Origin: a virus
Taxonomy: Duplodnaviria > Caudoviricetes
IMG/VR virus record: IMGVR_UViG_3300017729_000002
Location: 1 to 61,035 of that record
Strand: one strand, 5' to 3'
Length of the DNA stretch: 61,035 nt
The translations under genes were made by a program, and so were the position numbers. Positions 36,704 to 46,445 of the stretch are shown here, piece after piece. The notes below the pieces were generated by a model. That model saw only the letters and a list, made by a program, of their open reading frames with translations. It ran no database searches and was not told where the DNA came from. Within the stretch, counting starts at the first letter, position 1. Each line of letters begins with the position of its first letter.

Positions 36704-39700
36704 TTAAACTGGTGGGTAACACGTTATTGTTTTCTGGAGGAAACCTCCTTGGAAGGGGGACACCTCGTCTGAGATTACAACATTAACCCAATTAGTTTGC
36801 TCGGTGGCTGGTATTGTCTCATTCCACACTAGGTATTCCCACTGGTCACTTGTAGTACCAGTAGTACCTGAAAACGTCTGTGCGGTGTGTAAACATGGTG
36901 GGATACTTACCCTAAACAAAGGGCACGAAAAGAAAACAGGGGTCGTCTTCAGGAAGGGTCCTACCGATGATTGTCCTGTTGGGGCTTCTTTAGACCATGT
37001 CTCAGTCACGCTAGCGCGGCAGGGCCCACTATATTCTTCCTGTATGTATGTCGGGAAATATGAGAAAACGTCGGTGCCATCTCTCTGGGACCATTTTTGG
37101 GGCGTTAGTCCCCCTAGCACGGCTGGCCATTTTTTGTTGACGGTGCTCTCATACGTAACTGCGGGCTCTGGAGTAAATACCGTCCTGTCAATTCTGTATA
37201 TGACATCGGTCGCATTATTATACACCGCTGTATTTCTTACTTCCTCAGTAGGCGCTGGAGTTGAGTTGGGGGTCTTATCATATTTAGTGAATGTTTCACG
37301 AGTGAAATATGGGTTAGTCTCCTTAGATGACGTGAACTCTGCGGTGTCTGGAACAGGGGTTTCTTCGTCAATTTGGAACACCTGAATCGAAGCTCCCGTA
37401 ACCTCACCCCTATAAACTGCTCTGATGCGGTTTATCTTATTTGGATCTTCAGCGACACCTGTCTGATTAAAGTAAGTTTTAACTTCCAGATGTCCCCAAT
37501 CAACGGATGATATAACGGTGTAGGTATAAGTCTCGTTAGGGTCTATCTCTGTAACTTCATCAACTTGGTATACTTCGGTGGTGCCATCATTATACACCAA
37601 CCTAGAATTACCCGTGCTGGTTAATGCTCCGCTAGTGGCAAACTTAGACGTAGTGGTAATCGTGGCATATATAGTAGACTCTTTGGTCTCCCCATTCTCC
37701 GCTGCTTTGAATACAAGATCTTCTACATCGACTTGGTAAATGATTGTCCCACCACCCCGATACACTACCCTTGATCTACCAATGTTTCCAGTGACGCTAG
37801 AGCTCTGGCTATATGTACTAGTTGTCGTCAGCGTGCCATATAAACGGGCTTCTTTAGTCTGACCAGCATCTTTATTAGAGGCTACTGTTGTAGTCTCATT
37901 GTCAACTTGGTAGATAACAATCCCACCTCCGCGGTAAGCCACACGTGAACTTCCTGTAGCGGATGAGATATTGCCAGAGGTTGCATATGTGCTTGTTGTA
38001 GTGATGTCGGCGAATATAGTCTGCTGTTTAGTCTGTCCAGCGTCTGTGTTAGTGGGTAACTGAGCGACCTCATTATCAATCTGGTAAAGGATAACACCAC
38101 CACCTCGGTAAACTACTCGAGAGCTACCCGTGTCACCAGTGACATCACCAGACTGGGCATATGTGCTAGTTGTGGTGATCTTGGCAGCAGCTGTTTTTTG
38201 TATTGTCTCACCAGCGTCAGTATTAGTAGTGATCGTTGTCGTCTCTTCATCTACTTGGTAGATCACAACACCACCACCGCGGTAAGCTACACGTGAGCTA
38301 CCAGTGTCTGTGTTGATCGTAGGAGAAAGTCTGAACTCACTTGCAGTAGATATATCGGCGAAGACAGTCTGCTGTTTGGTCTCACCAGCGTCTGTGTCGG
38401 CAGGTAACTCAGCGACCTCGTTATCTATTTGATAAATAGTTACTCCGCCGCCGCGGTAAACGACCCGAGAGCTACCAGTGTCCCCTGTGACATCACCATT
38501 CTGGGAGAAAATACTGCTAGTGGTGATAATTGCCGACGCGGTCTTCTGTATAGTTTGACCCGCGTCCGCATCTTCTTTGGCTACTACAGACTCCTCACTG
38601 ACTTCATATACCTGCGTCGTACCATCATCATAGATAACCCGACTAGATCCTGTTTCAGTGAGAACGTCTCCACTGGTGCGATAAAACTTATTCGTAGTTA
38701 TGGACGCGTAGATCTGCTCATTCTTCTCCTGACCTGCGGAGCCTTCTTTAATGGTGAAGGTGTCTTCGTCGCGTTGATAAATTTGTAAGGTGCCATCATC
38801 AAACACAATACGACTACGGGTGTTGTTCTGCCCTACAATGGGCTCGGTTCCCGCGGATGTGTTGGTCGTTATCTTACCATATGGTCTGGTCTCAACTTGT
38901 GATTCGTATTCAAATCCAGTGAGCTCGGCGCTACGCTGCTTCCTCTGCCACCCACGCTCATCAAATGATACTGTGTAATTACCCTCTCCGTCCTTGTCAT
39001 CCTCTAGGGTGGAGGTTTCGATAATCTTATACCCGATGTTATACTGGTGTTCCTCTTGAAAGGCCCAGCCTTTCTTAGCATAAATGTCCAAGACTACACT
39101 GAAATAGCTGTCTATCTCAGGTGGGGTCTCCTGAGATATACGTCGTGTAGCATATTCATATTGACCATACTTAGAATCTGGAGTTCCTACTGCTGGTCTT
39201 GGGAACGCACCTACCTGACTACGAGGTACGATCCATGTTCGTGTTACCGTAAGCCCTCCTTCTTGTAGGCTTAGGTTACCATCCTGAGCCGCTGGGTCGG
39301 GAGTCTTAGCGTAGACATGCTCCTCAGATACATACAAAGATGAAAGGGTATCATCTTCGATAGGTCTCTGAGCTCTGTCCACAAGGAGGTATTCACCTGT
39401 GAACTTGCCACTAGGGTCTGATGGCATAGATGCACCGACCTCTGGGCTAGTGGGGTTATAGTCTTCCCGTAGTGTGACGTAACTGCGGCGTACCAATGAT
39501 ATACGTACACCTCCAATGTCTACAAATGATTCGGAGAAGTTATACTGGTCTTCGTTGAATCTATCTCGAGCGTAGTAATATTTATAGAAGTCTCCTATAT
39601 TATCATTCGGGACTGCTGCTACAAACTTGTGATCTGTAAATTCACCGTGGGCCTCCCCAAATTCTGGGAGTGGTGATGGCTCCAACTTTTCATTTTTACG

Positions 39701-40522
39701 GTCTACTAACTCATAGAAGACAAAGTCATTCTGGTTGGGCGTCAGGTAAAGGAAAACTCTTCGCTCGTTAGCCTCGCCGTTCTGAACATCTGAGACGTAG
39801 AACCACTCCTCAGAAACCTGCTCAACCCGTCTATGTGACCCTGTGTCTTCGTCCACATCCCAGAAACTAGACGAACTATCAAGGACTAATTCCCCAATGC
39901 TCTTGGTAGAGCCTTCTGGGACCTCGTCACGGTGGAGTAATATTGTAGTCGTGAATACGTGAGCACCTGTATTCTTATCATATGTAGTCGTCGTGATGGG
40001 CACACGCTTCAAGTAGATCCTGCGTTCAATAACGAACATTGAATCCATCTCGTCGGGGTTCCTCTTTGAGGATATGCCAACGGTCTCTCCGATACGTGAC
40101 TGCTCTCTGGATATTAAAGTATACTGGTCGGATTCCTCAAATGGATCCGCGTCCACAATAGGCATTGCGGAACCTAGGGCTGGAGAATCCTCATCATATT
40201 CAGACCTTAACGTAATGTATGACCGCTCTACCTGATCATACGTACCAGACTTATGGTTAACGGTAGTGTGTTCAAAGTTGTAATCGTCTTGGTGCTCTCG
40301 CTTAGCGGCGTAGTAATAGTAATACACCTGCCCTTCGTCGTCGGCTTGGACGGCTTGGGCGAAAAAATGATTGGGGTATTTCCTAAAATCTGGGTGTGGT
40401 TCACCATACTCAGGAACCGATTCCTGAACCCTTTGCTTGTCTACTTTTTCGTAGAATAAGAAATCCTCGTTACGTGGGCTAACGAAGATGGATACGCGCT
40501 GGCGTTGGCTACTCAGAGGCAT
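36704..40522 (-). CDS. Large repeat-containing tail / structural protein
   Basis: Duplicated N-terminal domain and about ten 58-aa SRVxY..G...IYQ.D repeats; ATG 40522 likely. Confidence 0.65.
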   Translation of the reverse strand: MPLSSQRQRVSIFVSPRNEDFLFYEKVDKQRVQESVPEYGEPHPDFRKYPNHFFAQAVQADDEGQVYYYYYAAKREHQDDYNFEHTTVNHKSGTYDQVERSYITLRSEYDEDSPALGSAMPIVDADPFEESDQYTLISREQSRIGETVGISSKRNPDEMDSMFVIERRIYLKRVPITTTTYDKNTGAHVFTTTILLHRDEVPEGSTKSIGELVLDSSSSFWDVDEDTGSHRRVEQVSEEWFYVSDVQNGEANERRVFLYLTPNQNDFVFYELVDRKNEKLEPSPLPEFGEAHGEFTDHKFVAAVPNDNIGDFYKYYYARDRFNEDQYNFSESFVDIGGVRISLVRRSYVTLREDYNPTSPEVGASMPSDPSGKFTGEYLLVDRAQRPIEDDTLSSLYVSEEHVYAKTPDPAAQDGNLSLQEGGLTVTRTWIVPRSQVGAFPRPAVGTPDSKYGQYEYATRRISQETPPEIDSYFSVVLDIYAKKGWAFQEEHQYNIGYKIIETSTLEDDKDGEGNYTVSFDERGWQRKQRSAELTGFEYESQVETRPYGKITTNTSAGTEPIVGQNNTRSRIVFDDGTLQIYQRDEDTFTIKEGSAGQEKNEQIYASITTNKFYRTSGDVLTETGSSRVIYDDGTTQVYEVSEESVVAKEDADAGQTIQKTASAIITTSSIFSQNGDVTGDTGSSRVVYRGGGVTIYQIDNEVAELPADTDAGETKQQTVFADISTASEFRLSPTINTDTGSSRVAYRGGGVVIYQVDEETTTITTNTDAGETIQKTAAAKITTTSTYAQSGDVTGDTGSSRVVYRGGGVILYQIDNEVAQLPTNTDAGQTKQQTIFADITTTSTYATSGNISSATGSSRVAYRGGGIVIYQVDNETTTVASNKDAGQTKEARLYGTLTTTSTYSQSSSVTGNIGRSRVVYRGGGTIIYQVDVEDLVFKAAENGETKESTIYATITTTSKFATSGALTSTGNSRLVYNDGTTEVYQVDEVTEIDPNETYTYTVISSVDWGHLEVKTYFNQTGVAEDPNKINRIRAVYRGEVTGASIQVFQIDEETPVPDTAEFTSSKETNPYFTRETFTKYDKTPNSTPAPTEEVRNTAVYNNATDVIYRIDRTVFTPEPAVTYESTVNKKWPAVLGGLTPQKWSQRDGTDVFSYFPTYIQEEYSGPCRASVTETWSKEAPTGQSSVGPFLKTTPVFFSCPLFRVSIPPCLHTAQTFSGTTGTTSDQWEYLVWNETIPATEQTNWVNVVISDEVSPFQGGFLQKTITCYPPV

Positions 40523-40565
40523 AGCCACATATTACCTGATAATCCAAGAAAACCAATACAAAATT

Positions 40566-40856
40566 CTATGGCTTAGCCTTTAACTCGGCTGCCAGTTTGT
40601 CAAGGGACTGGCTTAATTTACTATAAGATTCTCTGTGTTCTTGTCGGTCCGCCGTGCGAGCAGCCCTGTCTTCACTCCTAGCCTGTCTGTCTTCTTCACG
40701 TAGGAGGCGATCCTCAGACATCATATCCTTAAGGAAGACACGATGCACTTCATCACGTTCGTTTATCGTTTTTAAAAATAACTTACTGATAAAGTATAAT
40801 CCACCCACTGCTACACCTAGTGGCCCGCCTTCTAATATTATAGTTGAGAAATCCAT
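40566..40856 (-). CDS. Membrane-anchored coiled-coil lysis protein (holin- or i-spanin-like)
   Basis: One N-terminal TM plus charged coiled coil, directly after the amidase. Confidence 0.55.
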   Translation of the reverse strand: MDFSTIILEGGPLGVAVGGLYFISKLFLKTINERDEVHRVFLKDMMSEDRLLREEDRQARSEDRAARTADRQEHRESYSKLSQSLDKLAAELKAKP

Positions 40857-40857
40857 G

Positions 40858-41484
40858 TTACGATAAATTCATGTGCTTTTCGAGTCTAGCAACCCTCTCC
40901 TCTAAAGTCAACGACGGCTTTGTTTGCGGGGCGAAACCAAGGTATTTACACACCCCATTGGCCACTGCACGGGCCATCTTCTCCCTGTTCATCGCATCAC
41001 CTATAAACTTCTCTCCCAGTGGGTTATGTATGAACTCACCTTCCATAAGAACAGCGGGACAGTTGGCTAATCTAATCACAGCAAAATTTGCTTCTTTGTC
41101 CAGATCTCCGTCTGACCAGTCGTTGCGAGCATGTTGTGAGGGGAACTCGGCTGCGTGTGCATCACCAATACAAGTCGCGAGCTTGTCTGAGTTGTTGTCA
41201 CGCCGTGTTGTGAACACTTCCCACCCATTAGCAACCTCACTGTCAGCACTGTTAAAATGGTATGAAATAAATAGAGTACATTTTTGTGTGTTACATACGT
41301 CGGCTCTTTCGCTTAAGGTCAAGTAGGAGTCGTTCGTGCGGGTCATTACAACCTCTACTATTGGTTCAAGCATGAGCTTGATGCGTTCACACACGTCTAG
41401 GGCCATCTCCGATTCTTTTAAACCAGAGGGCCCTAAAGCTCCTACGTCATGGCCGCCGTGCCCAGCGTCGATACAGACTTTCAC
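40858..41484 (-). CDS. N-acetylmuramoyl-L-alanine amidase (Amidase_3) endolysin
   Basis: IDAGHGG, E, MTR, L.ER, FISYHFNS, PAVLMEGEFI. Confidence 0.95.
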   Translation of the reverse strand: MKVCIDAGHGGHDVGALGPSGLKESEMALDVCERIKLMLEPIVEVVMTRTNDSYLTLSERADVCNTQKCTLFISYHFNSADSEVANGWEVFTTRRDNNSDKLATCIGDAHAAEFPSQHARNDWSDGDLDKEANFAVIRLANCPAVLMEGEFIHNPLGEKFIGDAMNREKMARAVANGVCKYLGFAPQTKPSLTLEERVARLEKHMNLS

Positions 41485-41648
41485 TTGCCTGAGTCGTCGA
41501 TAATAATGGTTGGCTTAACGTCAATCACGAGCCCTCCTTTGGGAGAGTATGATGCGTTCACCCCATTTGCTTCAACACCCCAAGATACGGGGAGATCTGC
41601 ACATGATGCGAGTGCCATGAAAGGAATAAGTAGAAGTAGGTTCTTCAT
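41481..41648 (-). CDS. Small lipoprotein (55 aa, not in ORF track)
   Basis: MKNLLLLIPFMALASC lipobox; overlaps both neighbours by 4 nt. Confidence 0.75.
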   Translation of the reverse strand: MKNLLLLIPFMALASCADLPVSWGVEANGVNASYSPKGGLVIDVKPTIIIDDSGK

Positions 41649-41812
41649 TTGCTTTCAGGTTTAAAAATCCAGATAGCTGAGATTAGAGCAAGACCTGCTC
41701 CAACAATTGCGTCTGCTTGCTCTGTAGACAGGGCGAGACCTGCTAAAGCAGCGACGGTGATAAGTCCGCGCCAAGTGGACTCTTCTTTCAGGCGGTTTAG
41801 TATGTTCTTCAT
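41645..41812 (-). CDS. Holin with 2 TM helices
   Basis: RLKEESTWRGL then two hydrophobic helices; lysis cassette. Confidence 0.75.
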   Translation of the reverse strand: MKNILNRLKEESTWRGLITVAALAGLALSTEQADAIVGAGLALISAIWIFKPESK

Positions 41813-41903
41813 AATTTTAATGCTATTATATACAAGACAGTATAGATAATGATCGTGGCTCCGCAGAGCCAGATCATATCCGCTTGACTGTCCATGATTG
41901 TTT

Positions 41904-43075
<1,172 letters not shown>

Positions 43076-43082
43076 GGCCCAT

Positions 43083-43110
43083 AGTTTAGGCTACAGGGTC
43101 GGGGGTTCAA
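43083..43110 (-). promoter_or_regulatory. sigma70-type promoter, apparently leaderless
   Basis: TTGAAC-16-TAAACT-7 nt-ATG(43075). Confidence 0.55.
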
Positions 43111-43136
43111 GCTTTTTATACAACTCCCGAGGTGCA

Positions 43137-43838
43137 TTATATATCGGCAAATCTGCGCCCAACGCCCCCATTGTAGAGATAGTCGGCAGTCGCTTGAGCC
43201 TCAGCATCGTTAGTCGGAGCCGCTTCCCAATGCCCCAGCATGGCAAATTTGCAAGGATGATGATTGGTTCCCCAATTTCTACCTAATCGCAGGGGTCTGC
43301 TTCTTGTGCAGACCGAACAGCTGTAGTTAGAATTTGTTCCTTGTGATACACCATCAACATATGCTCTCAATGTAGTGCCGTCATAACTCACAAGGTAATG
43401 CTTCCACCCATCAGCGACGTATTGCTTGGTAATTAATCTTCCTGCTTCGTTGTGTATACTAACAGCCTGATCTGTATTGCTTGTAGATCTGCCGATCATC
43501 ATCATGGTGCCATTTACTGCGGTGTTTCGCCAACAAAACCACGGCGTGTATCTAGGGGCTTCAATAACAAACTTTACCCATGCACTAATTGTAACAGGCG
43601 CAGTCCCTGTGATCGTTTTGCTAAGGGAAGTTGTTGCGCTAGTAACGGTGCAACCACCTCCGTCTGGGGCTGTGTTTGATTCTATAACAGTTGTCCCCCC
43701 CACATCAACCATGTTTCTCAAGGAGTCAATGCTATTGGTGTGTGCTGAATCATCCAGATCCCAGTAATTAGTAGGAACCCCTAAAGGAAAACCACCGCCT
43801 CTTTTGCTAGTTAATGATATTGGGAACTTCAAACTCAT
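43137..43838 (-). CDS. LamG / concanavalin A-like domain virion protein
   Basis: TISAWVK, WKHYLVSYDGTTLRAYVDG, LYNGG. Confidence 0.85.
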   Translation of the reverse strand: MSLKFPISLTSKRGGGFPLGVPTNYWDLDDSAHTNSIDSLRNMVDVGGTTVIESNTAPDGGGCTVTSATTSLSKTITGTAPVTISAWVKFVIEAPRYTPWFCWRNTAVNGTMMMIGRSTSNTDQAVSIHNEAGRLITKQYVADGWKHYLVSYDGTTLRAYVDGVSQGTNSNYSCSVCTRSRPLRLGRNWGTNHHPCKFAMLGHWEAAPTNDAEAQATADYLYNGGVGRRFADI

Positions 43839-45067
43839 AGCATTGGATCTGGGTATGATGTCCACTCAGCAATAGTAATACCAGCTGGTGCTTGCGATGT
43901 CTTCCATGTTGCATCATATTGAGACAGGTAATCAGCATGGACGTAAATTGTATCGGTCACTTTGTGGTAATTGAAAACCTGTCCACCAGTGAATATGCTT
44001 GCTGGGGAGTTGATGTAGTAATCCCTTACTGTGCTGTCTCCGTTGATTTTAGAAAAAGCTACGTTAGCTACACTGGTTAGAGATGTAGGCAGAAAAATGT
44101 CTCCTGCATATCGTGTGCTTTGAAACGCACTAACTCCAATAGTCTGTAAGCCCTCGCTAAAGTTGAGAGCTACATTTGTTTGTGACCCTTGGAAAAAAGC
44201 ATCATTGGAAATGCTTATAATATTGGATGGTATATTTATCTCAGTGCAATCATGTTGCCTGAATGCAGCACTCCCTATACTTGTTGCATTAGTCCCTATT
44301 TGGATTGAGCTTACTGGATTAACGTAACGAGCAAAATTATTAGGAATGTTTCCAGTTGTTAGCTTGAGAACACTACCACTCGCATCAAATGCGTAAGTCC
44401 TATCTGGCACAGGTTCAAAATCGGGAAGATCTACATACCTTCTATACACTCCACCGTTATACAACAAATCAGCGTCTTCTTGTGTCATCCAGCGTTTCCA
44501 GTAAATAATCTGTGCTACATCAACGGCTGAGTTTCCTATTCTGTATATCGGTCCATTGCCTTGGTTGGCGACAGGAGTATATTCTCTGAAATTGTCATTA
44601 AAAAAGGTTTGTCCTTCTCTTGTGTCTGCGTCCCATTGATAAAGAACAAGAACCCATTGCCCTGTCCCTGTATACTTGTTGATACCAGACATGTTGTAAT
44701 AACTTGTGTTGATTCGGTTTCCACCGTTGTTAAATGATACCCGACAAGAACCACTACCTCCTCCTTGCACAACATATGTGTTTACTGCATAAGCTGGTTT
44801 TCTAAGAACTAAACCAAGCGTTTGTTTTCCAGCCCCAGCATTAAAACTGCAACCAAGCGTACCAAAATAGCTGTTTTTGTTATTAGACCACTTATATGCT
44901 GTTGAAAAAGTTGGTGGTTGATTAGCGACAGTACTTCCTATTGTCCCAATGTTATTCCCAGCGAACTGACCGATAGTGCTTCCACCATCCCACCAATCGA
45001 CAAGACCGTCAGTTATACTGCCACCACCTTTTTTGCCAGCTAATGATATTGGAAATTTTAACGCCAT
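43835..45067 (-). CDS. LamG-like plus BspA-type leucine-rich-repeat protein
   Basis: LVDWWD...LLYNGG domain, then TSIGSAAF / ISISNDAF / LQTIGVSAF repeats. Confidence 0.75.
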   Translation of the reverse strand: MALKFPISLAGKKGGGSITDGLVDWWDGGSTIGQFAGNNIGTIGSTVANQPPTFSTAYKWSNNKNSYFGTLGCSFNAGAGKQTLGLVLRKPAYAVNTYVVQGGGSGSCRVSFNNGGNRINTSYYNMSGINKYTGTGQWVLVLYQWDADTREGQTFFNDNFREYTPVANQGNGPIYRIGNSAVDVAQIIYWKRWMTQEDADLLYNGGVYRRYVDLPDFEPVPDRTYAFDASGSVLKLTTGNIPNNFARYVNPVSSIQIGTNATSIGSAAFRQHDCTEINIPSNIISISNDAFFQGSQTNVALNFSEGLQTIGVSAFQSTRYAGDIFLPTSLTSVANVAFSKINGDSTVRDYYINSPASIFTGGQVFNYHKVTDTIYVHADYLSQYDATWKTSQAPAGITIAEWTSYPDPML

Positions 45068-45564
45068 TAAACCTCGATAGCAAAGGCTTGCTCGAACAGT
45101 GAATCCAAAGTGGCATCATCTAAGCCTAAGCCCGTAGCCATTGATGTAAGCAAAGTGGAATCCCTGCGTAGTGTGTTACCGTGATAAAACACCTCTTGAG
45201 CTACGGCTTTCTCGACAGGATCAGCAATAGCTGTGATAGCAGCGTCCACAGCATCCATTAAAACGCTTTCCCCAAAAGGGGTCACTTTAGCAATAGCCCT
45301 AATACGCCATGCTGGGACTTCATACCATTCTTCTTCGGTTTCTACCTGTTCTACTTCAACCCACCCGTAACTTGTAGTGGTCAAGAGCCTAGACCAAATC
45401 TTGCCTTCAGCAGGTGTGTCGGTAGGGAAATCCTCGTCCTCAACGTATGCATAGCCCTCTGGTGTTGTGGGTGGGGGCGTGTCTCTCGATAGTGTGGTGG
45501 GTAATCCACCCACACTCTTATAGCTTATTCGTAAGGGGTTCGTCTGTGTAAGTATGTAGTTCAT
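45067..45564 (-). CDS. Tail fibre-associated / assembly protein
   Basis: C-terminal RRDS.L...LGL....LDSLF..A motif common beside tail fibres. Confidence 0.55.
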   Translation of the reverse strand: MNYILTQTNPLRISYKSVGGLPTTLSRDTPPPTTPEGYAYVEDEDFPTDTPAEGKIWSRLLTTTSYGWVEVEQVETEEEWYEVPAWRIRAIAKVTPFGESVLMDAVDAAITAIADPVEKAVAQEVFYHGNTLRRDSTLLTSMATGLGLDDATLDSLFEQAFAIEV

Positions 45565-45568
45565 ATTA

Positions 45569-45979
45569 TTAAGTTACGTCGCTGATATATAGATATAGAT
45601 CTGAGCCTCCTGTATCATGCTTATACCACCCCAGTGTGCCTACTCCTGTCGATGCCGTGATACTAGCGATGTCTGCAGCATCCCCCGCGAGAACTGTTTC
45701 CCCAGCGGTTAGGTTAAGGACATAGCCACCTGTAGCATCCTGTGTTATTTCTATTAAACCACTGTCACCCACACTAGCATTACTAATTGTCAAAGTAGTG
45801 GCGTCAGCTGTAAGCTGCACCGTTGCGTTAGGGCTGATGCTTGCATCAAATGAAATGGTGTTAGCACTGAAACTGGCTGCTTGGGGTGTTGTGTTCAAGT
45901 TAAGTGCTGATCTAGCACTAGCTTTATTAGCAGACTTTAGGAAGCTGTCTATGTCTGTTGATACGGTTACGTCTGGCAT
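45569..45979 (-). CDS. Small tail-fibre-like structural protein
   Basis: ARSALNL and ITQDATGG motifs; Thr/Ala/Ser rich. Confidence 0.6.
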   Translation of the reverse strand: MPDVTVSTDIDSFLKSANKASARSALNLNTTPQAASFSANTISFDASISPNATVQLTADATTLTISNASVGDSGLIEITQDATGGYVLNLTAGETVLAGDAADIASITASTGVGTLGWYKHDTGGSDLYLYISDVT

Positions 45980-45986
45980 GATTTAA

Positions 45987-46133
45987 TTAAGGTTGAAGGT
46001 AATAAGAAGTTCCGTCTGGCTGCTTGTACAAGCTGTTATCTGGTTGTCTGTATAGGTTACTAGGTATCACACCAACAATTTGCACCACTGTACGTGCTGC
46101 ACACTTTGCGATAGATAATCCAATACCAAGCAT
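45987..46133 (-). CDS. Small protein (48 aa, not in ORF track)
   Basis: MLGIGLSI...YRQPD.SLYKQPDGTSYYLQP; TAATG overlap with the upstream gene. Confidence 0.6.
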   Translation of the reverse strand: MLGIGLSIAKCAARTVVQIVGVIPSNLYRQPDNSLYKQPDGTSYYLQP

Positions 46134-46396
46134 TAGACTTGTTTGTAGGCAGTTACGGACCCTGTAGCCAATGTGAAACCAGTGATCTGCCCGTATAAGA
46201 CATACCCAGCAGGGAATGTAACACCAGTGCCATCATCTCCGCTTGAGTCTAGTTCCTTCCACGTCAGTGCTGACAGGGTGGATTCCTCGATAAATGCCAA
46301 GGCACAGAAATCACCAGTCACAGCTCCTGTTGCGGGGAGTGCGATAGTGGCTCCAGATTGGCCGAATGATTGCTTTTCAATATTTGAAGTTGCCAT
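46133..46396 (-). CDS. Small virion protein
   Basis: Beta-rich, TFPAG..LYG.IT..TL..GSV.AY; extended -10 TGATATAAT 6 nt before ATG. Confidence 0.65.
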   Translation of the reverse strand: MATSNIEKQSFGQSGATIALPATGAVTGDFCALAFIEESTLSALTWKELDSSGDDGTGVTFPAGYVLYGQITGFTLATGSVTAYKQV

Positions 46397-46445
46397 AAGT
46401 TTATTATATCAGTAAGTAGTTTATGTGCGAGTCTAAATGTTTGTC

